Source of the DNA: Strigamia acuminata
Lineage: Eukaryota
NCBI GenBank assembly: GCA_949358305.1
Contig: OX442314.1
Coordinates: 992,001 to 1,056,000 of the forward strand
Length of the DNA: 64,000 nucleotides
Reading direction: 5' to 3'
Of the stretch, positions 45,101-58,646 are shown piece by piece; position 1 is the stretch's first letter, and each line of letters begins with the position of its first letter. Position numbers and translations under genes: made by a program. The notes under the pieces are model-generated. The model saw only the letters and a list, made by a program, of their open reading frames with translations. It was not told the origin of the DNA and made no database searches.

Positions 45101-45732
45101 GGGCTTCATTCGTCACTGGAGACGGTGCCATCCCGTGCATATCGAGCAACTCGCCGATGACTAAGCGCACCCGGTTTGCATTCCCGTGATGCGCCTCCAG
45201 ATACGCGAGGATTTCCTCCCGGCTCTTGTTCGGGACGAATCTGCTCACGACCTCCACATCGTTGATCAAATCGTTGAACTTGTCTGGTTGGTATTCTTCC
45301 GGGATGTGCAACGGTCTTTGTTCGGGTTGCTTCAACCGTTCGGCGATCATACGATCGATGACGATCTTTCTTCTGTTGGGATTCGCACTCAAGGTTTCAA
45401 CCATCGCGTAAACTTCGTTCCGATCCACCAAGAAATCTGGGTGGAGCACTCCAAGCTCGTTAACGATATTAGTCACTTCCTACATACAAAGTAAATCCAT
45501 TTTAATTACTTTGTTTGATAGTTGGGATTAATTTACGACGAAATACTTCTGTGATGTCGTTGTCTTCAACTTCGTGCTGTGGCGCGGGCGCAACGGCGAT
45601 CATTCCGGGCATGTAAGGAATGTCGTCTTCGTCGTCGTCTTCGTTTTTGTCACTGTCATCGTCGTCTTTGTCTTCATTGTCATCGTGGTCGTCGCTGCTG
45701 TGGCGGGATTTCCAAAATTTAACTTTTTTCAT
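42188..45732 (-). CDS. RNF216: RNF216/TRIAD3-like RBR E3 ubiquitin ligase (multi-exon, apparently intact)
   Basis: GT-AG exons at 45547-45732, 44836-45479, ~44480-44698, ~44042-44180, 43555-43990, 43257-43499 and 42188-43196. Domains: CUE-like LELFPDADPEYL, RING1 CSCC..C..GHLFCRSC, IBR, and RING2 CPKC...GCNRMTC with the catalytic Cys. Confidence 0.85.
42221..42830 (-). repeat. 30-bp coding repeat (QPAPIPNVFG-like, ~20 copies) in the ligase C-terminus
   Basis: Unit TGGCGCAGGTTGTACAAAAACATTGGGAAT and variants. Confidence 0.92.
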
Positions 45733-46377
45733 CGTTTTTCATTCTTAAATTACGAAATCAGTGTGCTTTTTTTGTTGATATCCATAACTGTTCCACTCTG
45801 TGAATAGAAACGGCAAGTTAGAACGGCTTTTGCACGAATTACTCGGATTTTCACCTGGAAATTTGATGCGATCAAGTTCGAGCCGTCAACGAAAACAGGG
45901 TGGTCGAAAAGTCAACCACTGGCCAAACATTTGTGGCAAGAAGAACCCGAAATAGGCTTTCAGGCCTAGATTTGGAAATGGAGGCCAATCGTTCTGAGAT
46001 GACCGTTGTTCTATTCGTTTTGTTTTAAACAAAACAAAATATCGTTCTCATCCTTTATTATTATTTCAGTTACAAAATTATTGTTAATATTTTCATTATT
46101 ATTATTATTATTATTCGTGGAACGATTTCACGCATTTTAAGAAACGACTCATTTTTATTCGAACAGAACGAGCGGGTCGAGGTTGCCAGGCGACTCCAGC
46201 AGAGCAGCTCAACATTATCATTCCACAACAGAAACCGAAAAACAACTCTAATTGTTCTCCTCATAACTTTTCTTTTATTTTTCCTATATCTACTTTTCAA
46301 GAAATCATAAAACATTGTTTTTAAACTTTTCAATCGCGTTTATTAAACCGCAAAACAATCGATACACTAGAAATTCA

Positions 46378-46877
<500 letters not shown>

Positions 46878-47003
46878 GCGCTCGAATAAATGTTGTTGAC
46901 GGACCGTTTGTAAAAACTGGTGTTTTAAAAGGACATACCAATTGGGGGGAATTGGAGGTGGCGCCATGTTTGGCCACCAGAGGGTCACTTCAGTGACCCA
47001 CAA

Positions 47004-48780
47004 TGTAAACGGGTTATTCTATTTTCGATGTATAAAGGGGGAAAAATAGTAAAGTAGCATTTCTTGTTTAATAAACAATCACTGTTCAATGTAACCCCTG
47101 TAAGTACGCGTGTTTCTTTCGAATCCGATCAAATCAGTTTAAATCCAGTTCCATCGAGTTTTCAAACCACTTCTAATTAATTCCAAACTACAAATCGAAT
47201 TGCTAGTCGCAATATATGGTGCCGAAACCCGGGAAATAATTAGTAAAAAACCAGGAGAAAAGTTCGAGTGTAATGGCTGATTTGGCAAACACAAGGAAGC
47301 AGAGAGAAGCAGCGAGGGGAGGTGTCCGAAACCTCATGAACACGTCAAGGAACGAGATGAAAAACGACCCGATCAACAAGGTGAAGCTTCTTTGCTTACA
47401 AGCGCAATTGAAGACGAGACGGACCGAAATTGAGGAATTGGATCTCCGCGTGGCCGACGCCATTACGAATCTAAACGAGGTAATGGACGATTCAATGGAA
47501 GCAGATGAATTTCAAGATGAAATGATCGAAGCGGAAGTCCGACTCGAGGTTGCAATAAGGGATAAAGTCGAAAAAGCAGCAAGTATCGAATATATATTTA
47601 CCAAACATTAATACATATTTACCAAACCGCGGGACGACATTACAATCGATCACGAATTTTACAAACGCCGCGGCAACAAAGTTCACGAACGTCGGGGCGA
47701 CGAGTTTGGCGACCGTCGGGACAACGAACGTCGGGGCGGCGAATTTGGCGAGCGTTCGAGCGATGAATTTGGCTAACATCGAGGCAACGAATTTAGCGAG
47801 CGTTTGAGATACGAAATTGGTGGAAGTTCGAGCGATGAATTTGGCGGATTTAGCGAGCGTCCGAGATAAGAATTTGGCGAGCGTTCGAGATACGAAATTG
47901 GCGAGCGTTCGAGATACGAAATTGGCGGACGTTCGAGCGATGAATTTGGCGGATTTAGCGAGCGTTCGAGATAAGAATTTGGCGAGCGTTCGAGATACGA
48001 AATTGGCGAGCGTTCGAGATACGAAATTGGCGGACGTTCGAGCGATGAATTTGGCGGATTTAGCGAGCGTTCGAGATAGGAATTTGGCGAGCGTTCGAGA
48101 TACGAAATTGGCGAGTGTTTGAGATACGAAATTGGCGGACATTCGAGCGACTAATTTGACTAACGTAGGGACCACGAATTTGGCGAGCGTTCGAGATACG
48201 AAATTGGCGAGTGTTTGAGCTATGAATTTGGCGAGTGTTCGAGATGCAAATTGGGCGGACGTTCGAGCGACAAATTTGGCAAGCGCTGATGCGATAAATT
48301 TGGCGAACAATTTGGCGAACGCCGATGCCATAAATTTGGCGAACAATTGGGTGAGCATTGAGAAAACGAACATCGAGACAACGAATTTGACAAGCGTTGG
48401 GGCAAAGAATTGGGCGAACATCGAGACGAATTTGACAAACATAGGACCGAAATTACGGAGTTGTTACGCGAATGGGACTTTTACGAACGAAATGATTAAA
48501 CCAACAATCGACTACACCCGACGTGGGATGTGGGAAAAACCAGTCCAAACAGATGAGGAGACCGAGATCAACGTGAATACAACTTTTAACGTAACAACGG
48601 AACCGACAATCGACTACACCCGACGTGGGATGTGGGAAAAACCAGTCAAAACAGGCGAGGAGAACGAAATCAAAAATCTAAAAAAAAATAAAAATTTCAA
48701 ATGTTTTCATTCAAAAAAACGAAAATTTTATTTGTGTTACTGTCTGTCTCACATTTTCCAACTACCCTTCATATAGCTTG
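47004..48780 (+). mobile_element. Truncated BEL/Pao-like LTR retrotransposon relic
   Basis: Putative LTR 47004-47215 (TG start, TATAAA, AATAAA). tRNA-Phe PBS TGGTGCCGAAACCCGGGA at 47217-47234. Gag-like helical ORF 47273-47611 followed by 24/33-bp repeats. No second LTR seen. Confidence 0.6.
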
Positions 48781-49359
48781 AAACCCAGACACAAGTGATC
48801 AATAATAATTGTCCCCATGGCCAATCACATCGCTCCATGCATCTTGGGCAATAGTATGGCGCCAAATTCGATTTTTGGACTGTTTAATCCGATGCGTGGA
48901 ATTGTAGGACAAGAAAATTTGTTTTTACATGAAAAAGCATGAATTTCTCACCAATAAAATTTATTAACACCTAAAAACTTTGTATTTACACCAAACTAAT
49001 TTGTTTCCTTCTGAAATAATTTGTTTTTTCCCCGAAATAATTTGTTTTTTCAAAACAATTTTTTTTCTTAAATAATTTTTGTTTACACATTCTGTATTGA
49101 TATTTCCTCTCATTGTGCACCCACAGCACTCTATTGGAGATCTGCCTGCGGTCTGAGAAAGGCCTGCTCGTGTCAAATTGAGTGTCTCGCACTTCATTGG
49201 TCAGTCTTGACCATGGTTATATATTGTGATGCTGCTACTACAGCGCCACCTATCTTGGAATAAACTAGTCAGTTATGTAAAACCTCAACACACCAACGGT
49301 CACGTTATTTTGCATGCTCCATTACAGTTTTAATATTTAGTCAGGACAGACTATCAAAC

Positions 49360-50036
49360 ATCACAAAAATCACAAAAATAAATTTTTTGACCCAAAAATC
49401 GATGATTTTATTCAACAATAAATCTTTAAAAAACATTACAATTCGATATAAAAAATTGATAAAAATGGAGAAAAAACGATAAAAATCGGTAAAAATCGAT
49501 AAAAATCGGTAAAAATCGATAAAAATGGAGAAAAAACGATAAAAATCGGTAAAAATCGATAAAAATCGGTAAAAATCGAGAAAAATGGAGAAAAAACGAT
49601 AAAAATCGGTAAAAATCGATAAAAATCGGTAAAATTTGATAAAACCTGTTGTGTTCTTGTGGTTGATTGATGATTATTGTAAAATGCTGGTTACGAAGAC
49701 AACATGTCGGCCATTGTAGAATTGACTAAGTGATTTTATTCTGGATTAACAAGTAGGTGGCGCTGCTAGTAAAAGCGCCGAAACAATGCAATTGGTCAAG
49801 ACTGACCAACGGAGTAGAACACTCCAAAACCAATTTTTATCGTTTTTTCTCCATTTTTATCGATTTTTACCGATTTTTATCGTTTTTTCTCCATTTTTAT
49901 CGATTTTTACCGATTTTTATCGTTTTTTCTCCATTTTTATCGATTTTTTATATCGAATATTAATGTTTTTTAAAGATTTATTGTTGAATAAAATCATCGA
50001 TTTTTGGGTCAAAAAATAGATTTTTGTGATTTGTGA
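49360..50036. mobile_element. Foldback-like element with long inverted arms made of short tandem repeats
   Basis: 49360-49640 is complementary to 49834-50036. Confidence 0.7.
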
Positions 50037-50452
50037 GTCAAAAAATTAATTTCTGTCATTTGTGAGTCAGAAAATTGATTTTTGTGATTTCTAACATGTA
50101 ATGTCATATTTTTGTACGTAATTTAAATTTTCTTTTTGTATGTAATTTAAATTTTCTTTTTGTAATTTTCATTTCAATTATTTTAGTATTTTTTTTTTAT
50201 TTATTACACATTCCAGGACCTTGGGGTACCCCATGGGGTACCCCATTTGGGGTATACCCTGTGTTTTGTAGTGACCCTTTTTGTTGATTGAATGGTTGCG
50301 ACCTTTAGATCTCCGTCTAGCGGTCTAACGACGTGTTAAGAAACTTAAAACTGTAATATTTTATGTTAAGAAACATAAAATTGTGTTTAAAAGCAATACA
50401 TTACAAAAATGAATAAATAAACCGTTAGCAAAGTCTGTCAGAGCTGAGACCA

Positions 50453-51067
50453 GAAACAGAATCGTTATCTCTGTGGAAACAGAATCGTTATCTCTGTGGA
50501 AACAGAATCGTTATCTCTGTGGAAACAGAATCGTTATCTCTGTGGAAACAGAATCGTTATCTCTGTGGAAACAGAATCGTTATCTCTGTGGAAACAGAAT
50601 CGTTATCTCTGTGGAAACAGAATCGTTATCTCTGTGGAAACAGAATCGTTATCTCTGTGGAAACAGAATCGTTATCTCTGTGGAAACAGAATCGTTATCT
50701 CTGTGGAAACAGAATCGTTATCTCTGTGGAAACAGAATCGTTATCTCTGTGGAAACAGAATCGTTATCTCTGTGGAAACAGAATCGTTATCTCTGTGGAA
50801 ACAGAATCGTTATCTCTGTGGAAACAGAATCGTTATCTCTGTGGAAACAGAATCGTTATCTCTGTGGAAACAGAATCGTTATCTCTGTGGAAACAGAATC
50901 GTTATCTCTGTGGAAACAGAATCGTTATCTCTGTGGAAACAGAATCGTTATCTCTGTGGAAACAGAATCGTTATCTCTGTGGAAACAGAATCGTTATCTC
51001 TGTGGAAACAGAATCGTTATCTCTGTGGAAACAGAATCGTTATCTCTGTGGAAACAGAATCGTTATT
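50453..51067 (+). repeat. Perfect 23-bp minisatellite, ~26 copies
   Basis: GAAACAGAATCGTTATCTCTGTG repeated head to tail with no spacers. Confidence 0.97.
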
Positions 51068-51553
51068 TGGGGTAATTGCAAAACCATCAGACTTGAGACC
51101 ATAAACAGAATCGTAAACTTTTTGTGGTAATTAATTGCAAAACCGAGGTAATTGCAAAACCGTCAGACTTAAGTCAACAAACAGAATCGTTATTTGTGGT
51201 AATTGCAAAACCATCAGATTTGAGACCATAAAAAAAATCGTAAAATTTTTGTAGTAATTAATTGAAAAACTGAGGTAATTGCAAAACCGTCAAACTTAAG
51301 TCAACAAACAGAATCGTTATTTCTGTGGTAACTGTATGTCTCAGAAAAACATTAGAAATTAGAACGGCTAAGGCATCAGTTGCAAGATTTGTTATTCCAT
51401 CCACATTAGGTGACTCCATTTGGCAGACTATGCCTCATGATAAGGTAAGTATGATGCCAAGTGTCAGAGAAAACTTATTAGTGGACGAAGTTCTATGTTC
51501 AAAAAATCAATTAGTTTACACTGTTAAATTTATTTTTATTTATTTATTTATTT

Positions 51554-54500
51554 TGCTGTGTTCGGACTTCACTGCATGTTTTGTGTAGTGACGTTATCTT
51601 TGCTTCAGGCGCTGTACCCCCAGCGCCACCTTGTTGCTTGACCCCGAATAAAAATCACTTGTTAGTTCTTAGCCTAATAGACCTACCTTTCATTTCAACC
51701 ATCCTCAACATAAATTGTTATTAGTAAGATATATACTAAATGGCGACGAGATAAGGATCCGAAATCCACGTTCAACGAATGAATCCATTAGTGACGCAAG
51801 TTTTATCGTGTTTTTCGAACTTTTTTACCGCTTTTTCGGCCCGTTGCTGACCACGCCGTCCCGACGTTAGGCCTACGTTCCATTGTCGTATTTTCCTCGC
51901 GTTTTCGTACTCAACGCCGACTTTTGCCATCAAAATGTCAGCTCTAAAAGGGACACCGCGAGAATACGATCCAACAGAGGATTGGGGCCTATATTGCAAG
52001 CGTATGACAAGCATTTTTGCTTGTAATAAAATCGTCGATGACCAAGAGAAGATCCACACGCTGCTGTCGTACGTTGGCATGCCGACCTTCAAGCAGCTGG
52101 ACACGCTCGCGGCGCCGAAAGAAGCTGCTGACTTGAAATATGCGGAGTTGGTGGCATTGATGCAAAAAAATGCTCGCCCAAAACCGCTCGTGTTGGGAGA
52201 AATTTGCCGTTTTCACCGCCGTGATCGACTGCCGAATGAAACCGTGATGGAGTATTCTCTCGCTCTTCAGGACCTGGCCCAAAACTGTGAGTTCGCTGAT
52301 AAAACAAACGAATTAAGAAATCGCTTTCTTTGTGGCCTCCAGAATGAGCAAGTTCAGCAGGCGCTCACGTTGAAGAAAGATTTAACGTTCGACGACGCGG
52401 TCGAGTTTGCTGCCGCTGCAGAAATGTCGCAAAAAGAGTTTTCGACGATCGTAACGCAGAATGCATCGGCGCTGCCGGTGCACAAACTCCAACACGACTC
52501 CAAACCACGTCACGATGCGTCTAAAGGTAGAAAACGCTCCTCGAGGGGCACTACCTCGTTTCAACCAGTCCGCCAACCATCCAATTCGAAAGGAAATGCG
52601 TTGGTGTGTTCTGCTTGCGGCAGTAAGTCGCACACGCGTGAAGCGTGCCGCTTTCGCGATGCCACGTGCCACGGATGCGGGAAAACTGGCCACATCAAAC
52701 CAGTTTGCCGGTCGGTCTTGAAGTCACCAGCTCCAGTCCATGCAGTCGAGATGCCACAACAGCTCACGTACTACGCTGTCGAGCCGGACCTGTCGACGAC
52801 CGTCAACGCGATTGGCATTAAAGCCACACAACCAATTATTATGGCCGTCAAAGTTGCTCATGTCAACCTTTTGATGGAAATGGACACGGGAGCAGGCGCT
52901 ACTTTTGTAAACCTCGAAACATACACTAAATATTTTTCTGATTTTCTATTGCAGCCCCTTCCGATCCAGATGAATACGTACGGCGGCACGACACTCCGAA
53001 TGGAAGGGGTATGCGAAGTTCCGGTTCGTCATCGTGATCGCGATTTTTGTTTGCCGCTGTGTGTGGCGACTCACGGCCCCATTACACTTCTTGGCCGCGA
53101 CTGGCTCGAAGCATTTGGTTTGCTGTCGGCAACTGGCGAATTAGTGGGCGCGGAAGTATTTTCGTTGTCCACATCGACGCCATCGCCCGAGAAGCTCAAC
53201 AAGACGTCGTCCGACGGTTTGGACACGATTTTGGCACGTCATGCCAACGTCTTTCGAGAAGAAATCGGTTGCTACAATGTCCACAAGGTCCACATCGACA
53301 TCGATCCGGCCGTTCAACCAATATTTTTGAAGAATTATCCAGTTCCACTCGCGATGAAGCCACGACTGGAGGAAGAGCTGCGCAGACTGCAGGATTTAGG
53401 TATCATAACCCCTGTCGCTTCTTCCAAATGGGCGACACCCATTATGCATGTCCTTAAATCAGACGGCACACTAAAGATAGCGGGATGCTATAATAGAACC
53501 ATAAATAAAGCGGTTCTCCCCAACTCTTACCCTTTACCTCTGTTTGAAGACGTTGCAGCGAAGTTGTCGGGCGGTGAGACGTATTCTACACTAGATATGA
53601 ATCACGCCTACAATCAGCTAGAGTTGGATGCAGAGAGTAAACTAGTGTGCACAATTAATACCCACTTGGGTCTCTTCACAGTAAATAGACTCTTTTACGG
53701 GATATCCAGTGCGCCGGCAATCTTTCAACGCGAGATGGATAAACTGACAGCCAAAGTCGAGAGTATGCAGCCGTTCATTGATGATTCGGCCGTGACTGGT
53801 GCCACAAATGCAGCGCACTTATGCAACTTGGATCAACTCCTGGGCGCATTTAACAAAGCCAATTTAACATTAAATAGGAAAAAGTGCAAGTTTTTGCGTG
53901 CATGTGTGCAGTTTTTAGGGCTGAACATTTCCAAGCAAGGAATCACGCCCGTGGACTCAAAATTGGCTCCACTTCGTAACGCCATGCAGCCCATCGACGT
54001 TCTATCGCTCAAATCGTTCCTGGGGCTCATAAACTATTATGGCAAATTTATTAATAATTTATCCACTTTATTAGAGTCGCTTTATCGCCTGACACGTGAC
54101 GACACTCCGTGGACATGGGGACCGGAACAGCACAAGGCCTGGACGAAGGTCAAGGCAGCAGTGACTGTCGATTCGGCGTTGGCGCACTACGACGCGAAGA
54201 AACAACTTTATTTGACCGTTGACGCCTCGCTCGTTGGTGTGCGCGCCTTTATTTCCCACGTATTTCCCTCTTGTCCAGCGCGCAGAAAAATTATGCGCAA
54301 ATTGACCGCGAAGGTCTGGCGATCGTTTATGGCGTTCGCCGATTCCATCACCACCTGTTTGGTAGAAAATTCATTTTGCGAACTGACCATAAACCGCTGG
54401 TGGCCATATTCGGAGAGAAGAAAGGGTGCAATCAAATTGTCGCCGCTCGCCTGCACCGATGGGCAATATTTCTAAGTGCCTACGACTATGCGATCGAGCA

Positions 54501-56242
54501 TGTGCCGGCCGCCGACAACGAAATCGCTGACGGATTGTCACGCAACCCCCAGCCTGTGATCGATGGTCGAGAAGACCTCGATATGCATGTTAACGAAATA
54601 TTTTCTGTTTCCCTTTCACAGTTCCCGGTATCGCAGGCAGCCTTACGTGCAGCATACGTCGCAGACGCCCAATTGCAAGCAGTTCTGCAGTGCATCCGAG
54701 ATGAATGGAAATCAAAGACACCTGACTTAATAAATTTTTATAAGCACAGGTCCGCCTTTTCCACACATGGACTATTCTTGTTCCTGTCAGAGCGTCTAGT
54801 CGTGCCAGAACAGCTTCGCCGTGCGGTCCTGACGGAGTTACACGCAGGACATTTCGGAATCGTTCGCACCAAGTCGCTCGCTCGTGCTACGGTTTGGTGG
54901 CCGTCAATCGACCGTGACGTTGAGACGATGGTGCGTTTGTGCGACGTGTGCCAGCGCGCACTCCCGGATCCGCCAAAGACGTCCGATTTGCGTTGGCCCA
55001 TTCCCGACGAAATTTGGGGGCGAATTCACCTCGATTTCGCCGGCCCCTTTCATGGCAAAATGTTCCTGCTGGCCGTGGATGCGCGCACCAAATGGTGCGA
55101 AGTCCGTGCGATGACCACCACTACCTCGAAAGCAACAATTGCGATCCTAAAATGTTGGTTTAAACGTCACGGCTTGCCGATTCACGTTCACTCCGACAAC
55201 GGGCCGCAATTCACTTCAGCGGAATTTGTTGACTTTTTGTCACGAAACGGCATCCGACACACTCGTTCACCGCCTTTCCACCCAGCCACCAACGGAGCAG
55301 TGGAAGGCTTCGTGAAGACCTTTAAAACTCAAGTCGGAAAATTTTTGACTTTAAATTTGAATATTTCAGAAGCCGTTGACCAATTTTTAATCGCCTATCG
55401 CTCGACGCCGCATGTTTCCACACGGACTACGCCGTCCGAGGCTTTCCTGCAACGAACTGTTAGGACAAGGTTACATTTGCTAAATCCACGTTTAATGCCG
55501 GAACCAACAACTGTGGAAACGCGACGTTCCTTCGAGCCTGGGGAATTGGTGTTCGCGCGCGACTATTTGCACGCCTCGAGATGGGTTCCTGGAATAATAT
55601 CGCAAAAGACATCGTCCACTACGTACGATGTGGCTGTCGGAAATGCCATAATTTGGAGCCGACATGCGGACCAGCTCCGGAGACGCCAGACCTTGCATGC
55701 TCAAACTCCGGAGGGGGGAGGGAATCGCGGACGTTTTCCTTTGCTGATTGACGACTCAAACCTGAGGGACACACAGCTCGTGACTCAACCGCCGGTTTTG
55801 GACGTTCCTCCTAACTCACCTGATCCCCCAAATGTTCGTGACGCAACCCCGGCTCCTACTCCGCCTCCTGTTCCTACCCATACTCCTGTTGTGCCGTATC
55901 GCCACCCTCAGCGCACGCGTAACCCGACACAATTTTATGGATTCGACACTAGAGATTAAGTGTACTTGTTTTTATGTATTAATTGATTTGGTTCATTGTC
56001 ATGATTTCGTTTTATTATCTTTGTAATCTGATTAATGTGCCATTAATGGGGAATGATGCTGTGTTCGGACTTCACTGCATGTTTTGTGTAGTGACGTTAT
56101 CTTTGCTTCAGGCGCTGTACCCCCAGCGCCACCTTGTTGCTTGACCCCGAATAAAAATCACTTGTTAGTTCTTAGCCTAATATGACTGACCTTTCATTTC
56201 AACCATCCTCAACATAAATTGTTATTAGTAAGATATATACTA
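51554..56242 (+). mobile_element. Ty3/Gypsy LTR retrotransposon (Mag-like), near full length
   Basis: LTRs at 51554-51738 and 56057-56242 with few differences, TSD TATTT, PBS TGGCGACGAG at 51741, and PPT at ~56046-56056. Confidence 0.95.
51935..55959 (+). pseudogene. gag-pol (two CCHC knuckles, protease, RT, RNase H, integrase) with a frameshifting deletion near 54270
   Basis: Motifs MEMDTGA, FIDD and TVDAS; integrase HHCC with LDF/SDNG/AVE. The RNase H segment between ISHVFP and LSSAQKNY is missing and the frame shifts there. Confidence 0.92.
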
Positions 56243-57273
56243 TATTTAAATCTCACTTTATAGTGTTGTAGGGTATCTCTACCGATATTTACTGGTATCA
56301 AAAACCGATATTTTTTTAAAAAAAAACTGAATACCGAATACCAACTTTAGTTCGGTATTGGTACCGGTTTTTATTGGGACAACAACATAACTATTAATTC
56401 AACCGCTTCCCATCTAGGTCAGCGGTCGGCAACAGTCGGACCGCGGAAGGTCGAAACTTGGACCGCGGTGACGTTTTAGCGACGTCTTTCCCTCGGTTTC
56501 TTTGGTTTTTCGGTTTTTTTTCCTTGTTTTTCCTGTTTTTGTCATGTTTTTTAGGTTTTATTGGTATTTTTTGGGTTGTGTGTGTTTATTGGGGGGTTTA
56601 TTTGGTTTGTAAGTGTTTTTTCCGTTATCTTAGGATTTTAGTAAGGTTTTTAAGTGTTTTTTTTCTGGACCTCGATAAAAATTTTCAACAGTATCCAGAC
56701 CCCACTTAAATTTACTTGCCGACCCCTAATCTAGATGCTCAATCAATGCAGATTCAGAATAAATCGCCATGTAATAACATCTTCAATCATTGAGGCTATC
56801 AACAACGATAAGAATGTAAGCCCCGAGTTTTACGTCTTTCTAGACTGTACACGTTCAGGCATATTTTGTATAATATAAAAAGTAGTTTCTCGATCTTGTT
56901 GGTCGGCTGGTCGCAATTGGTCTGCTTAGCGCCCTGGTCAACACACATGAAAGGGTATAAATTATAAACCCACTAAATTTCCTTGGATTTTTACTAAAAA
57001 AAAAAAAATCTTCCACTTACTGCATTTTTCACTAACGCACCTTTTTTGTTCGACTAATTTTAGCAAGCCAAAAAAACTAAATTTCCCACTACTGACTTTC
57101 CCCACTATAAAAAATTAAGTACATCCACTATTTCTACCAATTTTTTTTATTATAAAAGGAAGGCCTTCCTGACTTTCGATGGTCTACCTCGCTTCCTTTT
57201 CTCGCCCAAAAGCACGTTCTTGGCCTCACTTGGAACACTTAGGTACTGCTCAATAATAGGACATGCACATTGG

Positions 57274-57521
57274 GTCCATCTTCATGGACGACTATGGCCA
57301 CGCGAATGTTCACGACGACACACCACCCTCGTTTGTCGACTCCTGCCGCTCCCCGATGAGCCGGCGGACTCCCCAATTGTTGGAAGCTTCGCAAGGCGCT
57401 GCAGCAATTGAGGAGTCTAGCGACCACGCCGGGGTTCTTCGGGGAGCGGCGGGAGTCGACGAACGAGGGTGGTGTGTTGTCGTGGACATTCGCATGGCCA
57501 TAGTCGTCCATGAAAATGGAC
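57274..57521. repeat. GC-rich imperfect hairpin (arms ~90 bp)
   Basis: GTCCATCTTCATGGACGACTATGG... pairs with ...CCATAGTCGTCCATGAAAATGGAC. Confidence 0.9.
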
Positions 57522-57577
57522 GACTATGGCCACGGCGAGGGGTCCCGAGTACTAGTTGGGACTGGGTCCCGACACGT

Positions 57578-58646
57578 TGTGACGATTCTACTTTTTAGCT
57601 AATTTATTAGCTAGTTAAGCGGGATAAATCGGTTTAAACAAGACGTTACTACATTTAGTAACAACCTAACCAAGATAAGCTACGGAATTCTGTGTGCCAT
57701 GAATAACTAATCGAATAGAAATCACTTACGGTTTTGTGTGACATAAAACATACTGTATTTATTAATTATAATAACTGGATTGGGGTTCTGAGCGCGTGTA
57801 AACGGGCGGCATCAACTGGTTGAGGATCCGGGCGAAGACAGTTGTCCATGTTTGTTTCGTGCTCGGGTGGGACCTCCCGCACACATGCTCTGGCAGAGCA
57901 TCTGACCTATGTTCAAATATTAGCGCAGATAGATGCGACTATCACCGATCATTTAGATTGGTATTTGTTTAACGGGTTAATCATCCCGTGCATGGACGAT
58001 ATACTATGCCACTGTACAGAATCTCGCTGTTCCTTAGAACAGCAAGCTAAAGGTACGGGGTCATTTCATGTATTTAACATGTCTATTACCGGAGTTAGCC
58101 TTCCCGAAATAGCCCTACAACAACAATAACAATATAGTATTAATACTAATTTTGGAGAGCTGAGGAGGCCTGATGTGTCGATAGAGAAAGTGAGATCAAA
58201 CGATAACAACAATTCAACTACAGACAATATAGACATATTCAGTTATCAAGCCAAGAAGGGAACTGGTTGGAAAACCAGAGCTTATATAGTTCTTGAGAAC
58301 AATTAGATTGGCGATAGCCAATCAGGTGCCTGAATTGACGAATTCGTAGGTCACTTTAGTCCGGACCTAATAGAAGACTGGGCTCGAACCTAATAGGAGA
58401 CTGGGTCAAGAAGGGTCCGATTGGTCCCCTTCGGGAGGTAAGTAAATTGGGTATTGATTCGATAGAATCAATAACTTTAAGTAAATAATACTTAAATTAT
58501 GCCTAATAAAATATTTATATTTTATTCATCTTCTCCAAGTAATGATTTATCATAACTCTTAGCTTTCTCGAGTTTAAACTGCGCGCGTTATTTATACTGC
58601 GCCATCTAGTGTGAACATTGTTAAATACGGGTTTATAACCATCACA
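57578..58646. mobile_element. Solo LTR (1069 bp)
   Basis: TGTGA...TCACA termini with a 4-bp TSD ACGT (57574-57577, 58647-58650). Confidence 0.75.

Noticed and set aside
50453..51067. CRISPR-like array, and ~200-aa ORFs in all three frames
   Set aside because: The 23-bp units are identical and head to tail with no spacers and no cas genes. The ORFs arise only because the unit lacks stop codons.
54250..54300. Programmed frameshift in the Gypsy pol gene
   Set aside because: The shift falls inside RNase H where conserved residues are missing, so it is a deletion lesion.
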